Below are positions 42,688-52,754 of a stretch of 64,000 bases of DNA, piece by piece (position 1 is the stretch's first letter; each line of letters begins with the position of its first letter). Both the position numbers and the translations under genes were made by a program. The notes beneath the pieces were generated by a model that made no database searches, had not been told where the DNA came from, and saw only the letters and a list, made by a program, of their open reading frames with translations. Source of the DNA: Bacilli bacterium (GTDB lineage Bacteria; Bacillota_I; Bacilli_A; RFN20; CAG-631); NCBI GenBank assembly GCA_900754115.1, contig CAAEBM010000057.1, positions 73,000 to 136,999 on the forward strand. Reading direction: 5' to 3'.

Positions 42688-43349
42688 TTTTCATTCTCCT
42701 TATCAATAATGGTTAATAACTCCATTGGAGTTTCAATAAAATAATCAATATTTAACTTTTCTAACACTTCTTTTCCTCGAAATCCCCATTGCACTCCACA
42801 AACTCGCATTTTTGCATGATTGGCTGTTAACACATCCGTTTCACTATCACCAACAAATAATGCATCATTTTTGTTTACTTTTAATTGTCTTAATGCTTCA
42901 TAAACCATATCAGGGTGTGGCTTTTTTAAAAGATCGGGTCTTTCTCCAATCATGACTGAAATATAATTGCCAAACAAGGGAATGCACAATTCTTTTACTG
43001 CGGCATCAATTTTATTAGAAACAATCGCCATTTTTATTTTTCTTTCAGCCAAACTTTTTAATAAAGCTTCAATTTGGGGATAAGGTTTTGTATGATCTGC
43101 CTTATGTTTATCATAAAGGGGTAAGAAACGCTTGTAAACTTCTGATAAAATCTCTTTTTTATTTTCGGGTAAAGCTTTTTCTAATAAAACTTGAATCCCT
43201 TTACCTAAAAAAGAGCAAACTTCTTCTTTTGTTCTTAAAGGACAATTAAATTCATTTAAAACTTGATTTGTGCATAAATACAAATCTTGTAACGTATCTA
43301 GTAATGTCCCATCTAAATCAAAAATCACTGCCTGTATCATTTTTATCAC
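42684..43349 (-). CDS. HAD-superfamily hydrolase (phosphoglycolate phosphatase/PpaX-like)
   Basis: Motif I VIFDLDGTLLDT. Motif IV region FVGDSETD. Confidence 0.75.
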   Translation of the reverse strand: MIKMIQAVIFDLDGTLLDTLQDLYLCTNQVLNEFNCPLRTKEEVCSFLGKGIQVLLEKALPENKKEILSEVYKRFLPLYDKHKADHTKPYPQIEALLKSLAERKIKMAIVSNKIDAAVKELCIPLFGNYISVMIGERPDLLKKPHPDMVYEALRQLKVNKNDALFVGDSETDVLTANHAKMRVCGVQWGFRGKEVLEKLNIDYFIETPMELLTIIDKENEK

Positions 43350-43393
43350 CTGATATCATTATAGCAAAAAAAAAGCGTTTACAAAATAAAATA

Positions 43394-43415
43394 TAGAAAA
43401 GATGTATCTTTTCTA
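43394..43415. promoter_or_regulatory. perfect 10-2-10 inverted repeat in the divergent HAD/pckA intergenic region (candidate operator)
   Basis: TAGAAAAGAT-gt-ATCTTTTCTA. Confidence 0.3.
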
Positions 43416-43540
43416 TTTTAATTTAAAAACTACGAATTATAATTGTTTTTAAAAATGAAAAGTGCTAAAATAAATTTAGTTTTAGTTTACGAAGGTAAAC
43501 AAAAAAACAGTTTTCAATTTTAAAGGAGGAAAACCAAATT

Positions 43541-45172
43541 ATGGCTACAAAAAGCAATATGCCGATCGAAGAAATTGGCACAAAAAATGCAGTTTTATTT
43601 AGTAAAGTTAGAACGACGATTGAAACGATGTTTTACCGAAACAATGTCATTGAAGTCACTTCCATGAAACAAGCCTATGAACTTGCAAAAAATGCGCATG
43701 GAACGATTATCAGTGATTTAGAAGTGGCTCATGCAAAAGAATTAGAACTCGATGAAGGATCTAAAGTTTTAATCTTTAATGACGGCGCTATAACCGGACG
43801 ACAAGCTCGTCTAAGAAGATTAGTGGATGATACTAACGTAGAATCTTTTGCATCTTTATTAAGAGAAGTAGAATTTTCTTCTAAAGATAAAGTCATGTAT
43901 CACGCTCAAGTTTATGTAGGCCTTGCACCTGAATTTATGGTGAAAGCCCATTTACTTATTCCTCAAGGATACGAAAACAATCTTTATTCTTGGTTGATGA
44001 ATTTCCAAATTGTCAATGAAGAATACACACAAATGTATAAAAATTCAAAAGTCTATGATGAAGGAGATATTTTCATTTATTCTGATCCAGATTATTATCC
44101 TTCACAATATCCAGAAGGATTGGCTTTATTTGATAGCAAACACAATTGCGCATGTTTATTAGGAATGCGCTACTTTGGCGAACATAAAAAAGGCACTTTA
44201 ACGCTTGCTTGGTCTTTGGCTGCAAGACATGGATATACTGCTTGCCATGGCGGACAAAAAAGATTTAAATTAGACCATGATAAAACAAAAATCATCAGTG
44301 TATTTGGTCTTTCTGGTTCAGGAAAATCAACGATTACTTTATCAAACCATGGTGGAAAATTAAATACCACCGTTCTTCACGATGATGCTTTTATCATTTC
44401 AAATACCGATGGTTCTTCCATTTGCTTAGAACAATCTTATTTTGATAAAACACAAGATTATCCTTTGACTAATCCACAATCAAAATATTTTGTCACCATT
44501 CAAAATGTTGGTGCAACAAAAGATGATCAAGGGCGCATTGTTCCTGTAAATGAAGACATTCGTAACGGAAATGGTCGTACGGTAAAATCAAAATTTGCTA
44601 CAAGCAATCGGGAATACAAATTCAATGAAAAGACAGATGCAATTTTCTGGATTATGAAAGATAATACTTTGCCTCCAGTTGTAAAAGTAAATTCTCCTGC
44701 TTTGGCTTCTGTAATGGGTGCAACGCTTGCAACCAAACGTTCTTCAGCTGAATATATTAAAGGAGAAGATCCCAATAAATTAGTTATTGTTCCTTATGCT
44801 AATCCTTTCCGTTTATATGAATTAGCTAAAGATTATGAAAAATTTAAATCTTTATTTGCTGATATGGGAGTGGATTGTTATATTATCAATACTGGATTTT
44901 TCTTAGATAAAAAAGTCACTCCTCAAGTCACTTTAGGCCTTATTGAAGATATTGTTCTTGAAAAAGCACAATTTGTTCCTTTTGGACCATTTAATGATTT
45001 AGAGTACTTGCCAATTACAGGTTTTGAACCAGACTTTAAAGATCAAGATTACTTACAAAATGTAAAAGCAAGATTATTAGATCGGCTCAACTATGTCTCT
45101 GAATTAGATGAATTCAATCGTTTGCCAGAAGAAGCTTTACAAGCAATCAAAAAAGTCGCAGAAGAAATTTAA
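43541..45172 (+). CDS. pckA: phosphoenolpyruvate carboxykinase (ATP)
   Basis: Kinase-1a P-loop VFGLSGSGKSTITLS. LAWSLAARHGYTACHGG region. 543 aa. AAAGGAGG RBS. Confidence 0.85.
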   Translation: MATKSNMPIEEIGTKNAVLFSKVRTTIETMFYRNNVIEVTSMKQAYELAKNAHGTIISDLEVAHAKELELDEGSKVLIFNDGAITGRQARLRRLVDDTNVESFASLLREVEFSSKDKVMYHAQVYVGLAPEFMVKAHLLIPQGYENNLYSWLMNFQIVNEEYTQMYKNSKVYDEGDIFIYSDPDYYPSQYPEGLALFDSKHNCACLLGMRYFGEHKKGTLTLAWSLAARHGYTACHGGQKRFKLDHDKTKIISVFGLSGSGKSTITLSNHGGKLNTTVLHDDAFIISNTDGSSICLEQSYFDKTQDYPLTNPQSKYFVTIQNVGATKDDQGRIVPVNEDIRNGNGRTVKSKFATSNREYKFNEKTDAIFWIMKDNTLPPVVKVNSPALASVMGATLATKRSSAEYIKGEDPNKLVIVPYANPFRLYELAKDYEKFKSLFADMGVDCYIINTGFFLDKKVTPQVTLGLIEDIVLEKAQFVPFGPFNDLEYLPITGFEPDFKDQDYLQNVKARLLDRLNYVSELDEFNRLPEEALQAIKKVAEEI

Positions 45173-45191
45173 TCAAAAAGGAGAATAAAAG

Positions 45192-46574
45192 ATGGGTGTT
45201 AAAATTGTCGATACGGCTTTAAGAGATGGTTCTCAATCTCTTATTGCAACCCGTTTAACTACAAAAGAAATTTTATCATGTGTCGGCGAAATGGATAAAG
45301 CAGGATACTACGCTTTAGAAGTTTGGGGTGGAGCTACTTTTGATGCTTGTTTACGTTTTTTAAATGAAGATCCTTGGGAACGTTTACGAGAAATAAAAAA
45401 AGTATGCAAAAATACAAAATTACAAATGTTGTTTCGCGGACAAAATATTCTCGGTTATAAACATTATGCCGATGATATCGTTGAAAAATTTGTTCAAAAA
45501 TCATTAGAAAATGGGATAGATATTATTCGTGTTTTTGATGCATTAAATGATATTCGCAACTTAAAAAGTGCGGTTCAAGCCACAAAAAAATATAAAGGTC
45601 ATTGTCAAATTGCCCTCAGTTATACCACAAGTCCAGTCCACACCGTTGATTATTATGTAAAGTTAGCAAAAGAAGTGGAAGCAATGGGAGCAGATAGTCT
45701 ATGTATTAAAGATATGGCTGGTGTTTTATTGCCAAATGATGCTTATACCTTGATTAAAAAATTAAAAGCAAACACAAAATTGCCAATTGAGCTTCATTCT
45801 CATTGTACTGGTGGAATTTGTGAAATGACTTATCAAAAAGCCATTGAAGCAGGAGTCGATATTATTGACACTGCTTTATCTCCTCTTTCAGGAGGAACTA
45901 GCCAACCTTGCACAGAAGCATTTAATTACGCTTTAGCAAATACAAAATATGATCCAAAATTAAACGTTGAACACTTAAATGCTGCATCTGCAATACTTAC
46001 AAAAATTAAAGATCAATATGTTGCAAATGGAACTTTAAATCCTAAAGCATTATCGGTCAATCCTAACATTTTAAAATATCAAGTTCCAGGTGGAATGCTT
46101 TCTAATTTAATGAGTCAATTAAAAGCTCAAGGCGCAATGGATCGTTATGATGATGTTTTAAAAGAAGTTCCTATGGTTCGAAAAGATTTAGGATATCCTC
46201 CATTAGTCACTCCATTATCCCAAATGGTCGGTACACAAGCCGTTCTCAACATCATTACGGGTGAACGATATAAAATGGTTCCTAAAGAAATCAATGATTA
46301 TCTTCACGGATTATATGGAAAAGCACCTGCTAGCATTGATCCTACGATTTTACGTCAAATCATTAAAGATGATCCTGTCATCGATTATCGTCCAGCAGAT
46401 GATATTCCCCCACAATTTGAAAAATTAAAAGAGCAATACAAGGATTTGGCAAAATCGGATGAAGATGTCTTATCCATTGCTTTATTTGAACAAGTGGCAA
46501 TTCAATTTTTAAATCGTAAATATCATCCAGCTAGTCAAGATGAAGTCGTTGAATTCAATTTATGGATAGGGTAG
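45192..46574 (+). CDS. oadA: oxaloacetate decarboxylase alpha subunit (carboxyltransferase; biotinyl domain on a separate protein)
   Basis: N-terminus MGVKIVDTALRDGSQSLIATRLTTKE (pyruvate carboxyltransferase TIM barrel). Metal ligands HSHCTGG. Confidence 0.8.
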   Translation: MGVKIVDTALRDGSQSLIATRLTTKEILSCVGEMDKAGYYALEVWGGATFDACLRFLNEDPWERLREIKKVCKNTKLQMLFRGQNILGYKHYADDIVEKFVQKSLENGIDIIRVFDALNDIRNLKSAVQATKKYKGHCQIALSYTTSPVHTVDYYVKLAKEVEAMGADSLCIKDMAGVLLPNDAYTLIKKLKANTKLPIELHSHCTGGICEMTYQKAIEAGVDIIDTALSPLSGGTSQPCTEAFNYALANTKYDPKLNVEHLNAASAILTKIKDQYVANGTLNPKALSVNPNILKYQVPGGMLSNLMSQLKAQGAMDRYDDVLKEVPMVRKDLGYPPLVTPLSQMVGTQAVLNIITGERYKMVPKEINDYLHGLYGKAPASIDPTILRQIIKDDPVIDYRPADDIPPQFEKLKEQYKDLAKSDEDVLSIALFEQVAIQFLNRKYHPASQDEVVEFNLWIG

Positions 46575-46913
46575 GTGAAGAAAATGATTTTTTCAATTGT
46601 AGAAATAAGCGATAAACCAGGACAAGCCTTTTTAGATGGTTTGATTCCTTCTTTAATTTGTATTCTTATCGTTTTTGCCATATTAATTCTCATTTATTTC
46701 ATTTTTGCTTTATTAAATAAAGTGAAGGCTTTAGATGTGAAAAAAGAAGAACCTTTAGCAACTTCATCTCATAATGAAGATGCTAAAGCAGCAATTACTT
46801 TACAAGATTTACAAGATGAAGATATGATGGTTGCGGTTTTAATCGCTTCTATTGACTATCAACAAGAAGTGAAAAAAGATGTTCGATTGGTACAAGTAAA
46901 AAGACTAAACTAG
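46575..46913 (+). CDS. oadG: oxaloacetate decarboxylase gamma-like small membrane anchor
   Basis: A single N-terminal TM helix followed by a charged tail. Position between alpha and BCCP genes. Confidence 0.55.
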   Translation: MKKMIFSIVEISDKPGQAFLDGLIPSLICILIVFAILILIYFIFALLNKVKALDVKKEEPLATSSHNEDAKAAITLQDLQDEDMMVAVLIASIDYQQEVKKDVRLVQVKRLN

Positions 46914-46924
46914 GAGGAAAAAAG

Positions 46925-47275
46925 ATGAAAATATATAAAGTAAAAGTGAATGGAAAAGTTTATGAAGTAGAATTAGATACCGTAACTGAAAACAATAAAT
47001 CCATTCAAACAGAAACAAAAAAAGAAGAAAAAATTGAAAACGCACCTACTACCAATGCTGAAGGTACACCTGTATTGTCTCCAATGCAAGGAACAATTCT
47101 TCGCGTTGATGTAGCAGTGGGTGACCATGTAAAAAAAGGTCAAATCTTAATGATTTTAGAAGCGATGAAATTAGAAAATGAAATTTTAGCTGCTCAAGAT
47201 GGTATAGTCAAAGAGATAAAAGTTACGAAAGGACAAACAGTAAATAGCAAACAAGTATTGCTAATTCTTGGGTAA
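46925..47275 (+). CDS. biotin carboxyl carrier protein (biotinyl/lipoyl domain)
   Basis: Biotinylation motif ILEAMKLENEI. 116 aa. Confidence 0.8.
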   Translation: MKIYKVKVNGKVYEVELDTVTENNKSIQTETKKEEKIENAPTTNAEGTPVLSPMQGTILRVDVAVGDHVKKGQILMILEAMKLENEILAAQDGIVKEIKVTKGQTVNSKQVLLILG

Positions 47276-47281
47276 TTGTCT

Positions 47282-48637
47282 ATGCTTGAATTAATAGAGG
47301 AATTTATCAAAAGCACAGGAATTGCCGAGTTTTTCACCAGTGGAGGTTGGAAAAATTTGGTGATGATCTTAATTGCTTTGCTACTATTGTATTTTGCGAT
47401 ATTTAAACAAGCAGAACCTTATTTACTCATTCCTATTTCCTTTGGCGTATTATTGGTCAACTTACCCCTCAGTGGAATTTTTGAAAAATCTACAGATGTC
47501 CTTTATTCTGTTGAGCAATTGGCCACAAGTACTGGAATTGGTTTAGAGAATGCAAAACAGTTTTTTACCTCTCTGGGGTTAGATATAGAGCAATCGTATA
47601 AACTTTCTCAAATTATTGAATTAGGAAAAGGAAATTTAGAGGCAATTAATGCTTTAACTTTAAATGATTTAGAACTCAAAAATTTAGTTGACTTTTTAAA
47701 TCAAGAAACACAATATTCTGGATTACTTGGCTATTTGTATTATGGAGTTCAGACAGGAATTTATCCTTGCCTCATCTTTTTAGGCATTGGAGCAACCACT
47801 GACTTTGGACCATTAATTTCTAATCCAAAGAGTATGATTTTAGGAGCTGCTGCACAAATTGGTATTTTCATTACTTTTTTAGGAGCATTATTATTAGGCT
47901 TTACTCCTCAAGAAGCCTCTTCCATTGGAATTATAGGGGGGGCAGATGGTCCTACAGCCATTTTAGTTACCAAAACCTTAGCTCCACATTTACTTTCTTC
48001 CATTTCTATTGCTGCTTATTCTTATATGGCATTGGTACCATTTATTCAACCGCCGATTATTCGTCTTTTGACAACCAAAAAAGAACGTTTAATCAAAATG
48101 GAAGAACCAACAGAAGTTTCAAAAACAAAAAGAATTTTATTCCCCATTATTGTCACAGTTGTCGTTGTCTTATTAATTCCTTCTTGTGCACCTTTAATTG
48201 GATGCCTCATGCTTGGAAATTTAATCAAAGAAACTGGTGTTGTTCCAAAACTAACGGAAGCAGCAGGAAATACAATTCTTTATTTAGTCACCATTTTACT
48301 AGGTTTATGTGTTGGAGCAACTGCAAATGCTGAAACCTTCTTATCTTTGAATACCATTAAAATCTTTGCTTTAGGTATCTTTGCTTTTGCAACTGCTACG
48401 ATGGGTGGCGTTTTAATTGGAAAGTTAATGTGCAAACTAACCAAAGGAAAAATCAATCCAATGATTGGAGCTGCTGGTGTCAGCGCAGTTCCAATGGCTG
48501 CACGAGTAGTTCATAAAGAAGGAGTAAAAGAAGATCCTAGCAACTTCTTACTCATGCATGCAATGGGTCCAAATGTAGCCGGAGTAATTGGTAGTGCGAT
48601 TGCTGCTGGTTTATTAATGTTACTATTTGGTGCATAA
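47282..48637 (+). CDS. oadB: Na+-transporting oxaloacetate decarboxylase beta subunit
   Basis: Polytopic membrane protein. GGADGPTAILV and MAARVV motifs of the OadB/GcdB/MmdB family. Confidence 0.8.
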   Translation: MLELIEEFIKSTGIAEFFTSGGWKNLVMILIALLLLYFAIFKQAEPYLLIPISFGVLLVNLPLSGIFEKSTDVLYSVEQLATSTGIGLENAKQFFTSLGLDIEQSYKLSQIIELGKGNLEAINALTLNDLELKNLVDFLNQETQYSGLLGYLYYGVQTGIYPCLIFLGIGATTDFGPLISNPKSMILGAAAQIGIFITFLGALLLGFTPQEASSIGIIGGADGPTAILVTKTLAPHLLSSISIAAYSYMALVPFIQPPIIRLLTTKKERLIKMEEPTEVSKTKRILFPIIVTVVVVLLIPSCAPLIGCLMLGNLIKETGVVPKLTEAAGNTILYLVTILLGLCVGATANAETFLSLNTIKIFALGIFAFATATMGGVLIGKLMCKLTKGKINPMIGAAGVSAVPMAARVVHKEGVKEDPSNFLLMHAMGPNVAGVIGSAIAAGLLMLLFGA

Positions 48638-48649
48638 TATGGTATAATT

Positions 48650-48680
48650 ATCGTGTTCGCAAGAACACGATTTTTATTTT
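48650..48680 (+). terminator. rho-independent terminator after oadB
   Basis: ATCGTGTTC-gcaa-GAACACGAT followed by TTTTTATTTT. Confidence 0.6.
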
Positions 48681-48693
48681 AGAAGGGATAGTT

Positions 48694-49407
48694 ATGAAAC
48701 GGATTTATTTTGATACGCTTGATTCAACCAATGATTATTGTAAAAGAAACGCTTCACTTTTACCTTCTTTTTGTGTGGTTTATACAACTCATCAAACTAA
48801 AGGAAAAGGTAGGAATCAAAGAAGTTGGGTCAGTGAACCTTTTTTAAATTTATCCCTTTCTTTATTTATCAAAAAACCAATCAATCATCCAGAATATTTA
48901 AGCATTTTAACAGCTTTAGCCGTTGTATCCACGTTAAAGGCCTTAGACATTCAACCACAAATTAAATGGCCGAATGATATTTTAATTGAAAAGAAAAAGG
49001 TTTGTGGAATTTTGCTTGAGGCTTTAAATCAAGGTAAAAAAACGGATTATATTATTGGAGTGGGAATAAATATAAACACCACTTCATTTCCTGATGAATT
49101 AAAAAAGAAAGCAACTTCTATTGCAATTTTTTTAAATCAAACCATTTCAATCAAAAAAGTATTGCGCATTTTTTTAAGAAATTGGAAAAAACTTTTTGCT
49201 ACTTTTGAAAAAAAATCTGACTTTTACATGCAAGAATATAAAAAATATTCTTGTGTTTTGCATCAAAAAATTCAATTTGAATACAATCGACAACTTTGTG
49301 AAGGCATTGTAGTTGACATTTTAAAAGATGGCTCTTTACAAATTGAAATGGAAAATAAAAAAATCACCATCAATTATGGTGAAATTTCTTTACAAAATTT
49401 TTATTGA
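48694..49407 (+). CDS. birA: biotin--protein ligase (group I BirA, no N-terminal HTH domain)
   Basis: KGKGRNQRSW biotin-binding loop. 237 aa. Confidence 0.8.
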   Translation: MKRIYFDTLDSTNDYCKRNASLLPSFCVVYTTHQTKGKGRNQRSWVSEPFLNLSLSLFIKKPINHPEYLSILTALAVVSTLKALDIQPQIKWPNDILIEKKKVCGILLEALNQGKKTDYIIGVGININTTSFPDELKKKATSIAIFLNQTISIKKVLRIFLRNWKKLFATFEKKSDFYMQEYKKYSCVLHQKIQFEYNRQLCEGIVVDILKDGSLQIEMENKKITINYGEISLQNFY

Positions 49408-49985
49408 GGATTTTTCGTTAAAGGTAAAATCTTTTTTAATCGTTGCCCAATTAATCCTGCTAAAATGCATTTTGCGATATCAAGTAAAATAAAAGGAGCA
49501 ATAACGAGTTGAAAAACTTTACCAAAAGAATAATCTAATTTCATATGGACAATAAAAATGAGATAAGCATAAATAAATCCGCAAATATAATCAATAATTA
49601 ACCCAATAAAATTGGCAATAATGGCACTAACATAAGGGTTTACTTTTATTTTTTGCAATAAACCATCAAATAGTTTTACAAATGGACAAAGAAGCAAAAA
49701 TCCAATCATAAATCCAAAGGAAGGTTGATAAACATAACTTAATCCGCCTCCCATACTAAAAATCGGAAGACCAATAAGACCTAAAAAAAGATACAAAAAG
49801 ATAATGAGCATGGCATTCCAAACCGTTGAAATTTGAGCGATTAAAAAGACAATAAATAGTTGCATTGTAAAAGAAATCGCTCCTAAAGGAAATTTAATAA
49901 AGGTAAAAATAATTAATAATGCTAATAATAATGCACTTTGAATTAGTTGTTGTGTTTTTACTCTTTTCATCGTCTTATCCTTCAT
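49401..49985 (-). CDS. bioY: biotin transporter BioY (ECF S component)
   Basis: 194-aa membrane protein with 5-6 TM helices. Convergent with and overlapping birA. Confidence 0.65.
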   Translation of the reverse strand: MKDKTMKRVKTQQLIQSALLLALLIIFTFIKFPLGAISFTMQLFIVFLIAQISTVWNAMLIIFLYLFLGLIGLPIFSMGGGLSYVYQPSFGFMIGFLLLCPFVKLFDGLLQKIKVNPYVSAIIANFIGLIIDYICGFIYAYLIFIVHMKLDYSFGKVFQLVIAPFILLDIAKCILAGLIGQRLKKILPLTKNPQ

Positions 49986-51315
49986 TTACTGGAATCTTTC
50001 TAATAATTGATTTTTCTAATTTTAAATCAAACCGGTCAATTTTTTGCTCAATTTGTTGAATATATTTTTGATGAATGTCTTCACAATACAATTGAATTTT
50101 ATCGACACTTTCTTTAATATTTTGTGCTATTTTTTGAATATTTTCAACTTGCTTTTTTAATTGTTCTAAAGGTTTATCTAAATAAGTTTCTTTAATTTTA
50201 TTAAATTCTTCTATTAAATCTTGTTGATCTTTAAATTGTAATTCTTCTTGTTTTTTAGCTGCTAATAAATTTGCAAAACGAGTAGTTATGGAAGTAATCA
50301 TATTTAAAAAGACCATCAAATAAGAAGGACGAACGACATACATATTTTCATAATTTGGCACTTTATAAATTGATAAATCATTAACTGAATCCATTTCTAA
50401 TTCACTGACTAATAAAGCATACTTACACTCTTTTTTTATACGATTTTTTTCTAAAGTAGCAAAGTAATCGGCGTTTTTCTTTTTATTGATAGAATCAGGA
50501 TTTTCACTTTTCATATCTAAACAAATAGAGGCTAATTCTTTGGTATGCGTTGAATCAGCAAAGATTTTAAAAATGTAGTCTGCTTTAGAACCTTTTACTT
50601 CTGTTTCTTCTTTTATAACTTTATTATCTTTTTGCCACGTACAATTTTGAAAACCATTTTGCATATAAGAGCGAACAGCATTGTCACACCAAATTTCTAA
50701 ATCTTCACCAATTCGCTTGACATTTAAGGAAGCTCTTTGTCTTTTTAAATCCTCTATGGTTTGCTTAGCTTCATTTAACTGATTTTGATATTGCTTATTT
50801 AGTTCTTGTCGCAAAGTTAATTTTTCTATTTGAAGTTTTGCTTCCATTTCACGAATTTGTGTTTTTAATTCAAAAATAGTATCTTTGAATTGATTTTCAA
50901 TTTTTGCTTGTTGAGTGTTTAATTGTAGTTGTTGATTATCTTTTAAAATTTGTAACTCCGTTTGAAGTTTTTGTTTTTCCTCTTGGTATTTCTTTTCTAT
51001 TTCTTGTTGCTTTATTAAAAACGATTGATTCATTTGTAACTTTTGATTGTTTAAATCTTTTTCACTTTCTAATTGTAATTGTTTGATTTGTGACTTTAAG
51101 TTATTGATTACAATTTCATTTTCTTTTGAAAAAAGAGCTTTTTGTTCTTGCAATTTTTGTTGATAAACTTGATCTTTTCCTTCAACAATGGACTTTTCAA
51201 TTGCTGAAGTATCTATTTGATAGATTTGAGTTAAATCAATGATATCCCCTTCGTTGCCAGTTTCGCATAATTTTAAAGTATTTTTATCCTGAATGAGAAC
51301 TTTGATGTGTTTCAT
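49975..51315 (-). CDS. coiled-coil protein with a C-terminal DUF2130-like domain (possible PD-(D/E)xK nuclease fold)
   Basis: Long Q/E/K/L-rich heptad-like central region. C-terminal GSKADYIFKIF...ICLDMKSE could form a D...(D/E)xK motif. This is inference only. Confidence 0.4.
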   Translation of the reverse strand: MKHIKVLIQDKNTLKLCETGNEGDIIDLTQIYQIDTSAIEKSIVEGKDQVYQQKLQEQKALFSKENEIVINNLKSQIKQLQLESEKDLNNQKLQMNQSFLIKQQEIEKKYQEEKQKLQTELQILKDNQQLQLNTQQAKIENQFKDTIFELKTQIREMEAKLQIEKLTLRQELNKQYQNQLNEAKQTIEDLKRQRASLNVKRIGEDLEIWCDNAVRSYMQNGFQNCTWQKDNKVIKEETEVKGSKADYIFKIFADSTHTKELASICLDMKSENPDSINKKKNADYFATLEKNRIKKECKYALLVSELEMDSVNDLSIYKVPNYENMYVVRPSYLMVFLNMITSITTRFANLLAAKKQEELQFKDQQDLIEEFNKIKETYLDKPLEQLKKQVENIQKIAQNIKESVDKIQLYCEDIHQKYIQQIEQKIDRFDLKLEKSIIRKIPVNEG

Positions 51316-51465
51316 TTTTTTCTTCCCTTCTTTATTTGTTTTTTATATTGTACCATAATTTTTAGGAATCACCTAGTCATTGATTCGACATTTTTTTAAC
51401 TTTTTCTGTGGATTTAATTTTTCTTTTCGTTATAATAAGATTATTGAATTAATGGAGGATTTTTA

Positions 51466-52677
51466 ATGAAAAATTTACTTGTCGCCCAATCAGGAGGTCC
51501 TACTGCAGTCATCAATGCTTCTTTATTAGGAGTGATTAAAGAAGCGTTTAAACAAGAAAAAATCAATCATGTCTATGGTTCTTTACATGGTATTGATGGA
51601 TTATTCAATGATCAATTCATCGAATTAAAAAAAGAAGATTTAATGCAATTAGAAAAATTAATGTATACCCCGAGTGCTGCTTTAGGAAGCGTAAGACATT
51701 GTTTACCTCAAGATTTATCCGATTCCCTTTATCAAAAAATAGCAGAAAAAATGAAACAATATCAAATTCATTATTTTTTGTATATTGGTGGAAATGATTC
51801 CATGGATACGGTAATGAAATTAAATCAATATTTTCAATCCATTTCTTTTCCTTGCCGTGTGCTAGGTGTTCCTAAAACAATTGATAATGACCTTGTCATT
51901 ACCGACCACGCTCCTGGCTATGGAAGTGCCATTAAATACATTGCAAACACTATTCAAGAGTTGCATTTTGATATCACTTGTTATGAAAAAGGACGAGTCA
52001 ATATTGTAGAAATCATGGGTAGAGATTCAGGATGGCTCACAGCAGGAAGTAAACTTGCTTGCTTACATCAAGCTGGTCCAGATTTAATTTATTTACCCGA
52101 AGTTCCCTTTGAAGAAGAAACTTTTTTAAAACAAATACAAACTATTTATGAGCAAAAAAAGCAAGTTTTAGTTTGTGTTTCAGAAGGGATTAAAGATAAA
52201 AAAGGAAACTATATCATGGAAAAGTCTGCCTATTTTGAAGATAACGATGTGTTTGGTCATGTTCAACTCGGTGGAGTTGCTAAAGTTCTCACTCATATTG
52301 TAAAAAAACATCTTCATCTTCCAGTTCGCGCAATTGAATTGAATTTACCACAACGATGTGCTAGTCATTTTTTATCAAAAACAGATGTCAAAGAAGCCTA
52401 TCAAATTGGAAAAAAAGCCGTGCAATTAATATTAAAAGGACATACCGGTGAAATGATGATTATCAAAAGAATTTCGCAATCGCCTTATAAAATTAAGGTT
52501 CAATCCATTGATGTAAAAAAAGTTGCCAACCAAGTTTCTTATGTTCCTTCAACATGGATTGAAAATGGGTGTGACTTAAATCAACATTTTATAGATTATG
52601 CTCTTCCATTAATTAAAGGAGAAGTTTCTTTACCTTATCAAAATGGATTAATTGATTTTGGTTCCATTAAAAAATAA
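51466..52677 (+). CDS. 6-phosphofructokinase family protein (long form, possibly PPi-dependent)
   Basis: MKNLLVAQSGGPTAVINASL, GGNDS, PKTIDND, MGRDSG motifs. 403 aa, longer than canonical ATP-PfkA. Confidence 0.75.
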   Translation: MKNLLVAQSGGPTAVINASLLGVIKEAFKQEKINHVYGSLHGIDGLFNDQFIELKKEDLMQLEKLMYTPSAALGSVRHCLPQDLSDSLYQKIAEKMKQYQIHYFLYIGGNDSMDTVMKLNQYFQSISFPCRVLGVPKTIDNDLVITDHAPGYGSAIKYIANTIQELHFDITCYEKGRVNIVEIMGRDSGWLTAGSKLACLHQAGPDLIYLPEVPFEEETFLKQIQTIYEQKKQVLVCVSEGIKDKKGNYIMEKSAYFEDNDVFGHVQLGGVAKVLTHIVKKHLHLPVRAIELNLPQRCASHFLSKTDVKEAYQIGKKAVQLILKGHTGEMMIIKRISQSPYKIKVQSIDVKKVANQVSYVPSTWIENGCDLNQHFIDYALPLIKGEVSLPYQNGLIDFGSIKK

Positions 52678-52696
52678 ATATTTTTAACCTGTATGT

Positions 52697-52728
52697 AAAA
52701 ATAGATTCAAGTGCTTGAATCTATTTTT
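52697..52728. terminator. bidirectional terminator
   Basis: AAAAATAGATTCAAG-tg-CTTGAATCTATTTTT. Confidence 0.6.
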
Positions 52729-52754
52729 GTGTTTTATATCATAAAAGACAATAA

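Noticed and set aside
48638-48648. TGgTATAAT extended -10-like sequence upstream of birA
   Set aside because: It lies immediately upstream of the oadB terminator hairpin, so a transcript from it would terminate before birA unless anti-terminated. Without a -35 element or other support it is probably fortuitous.
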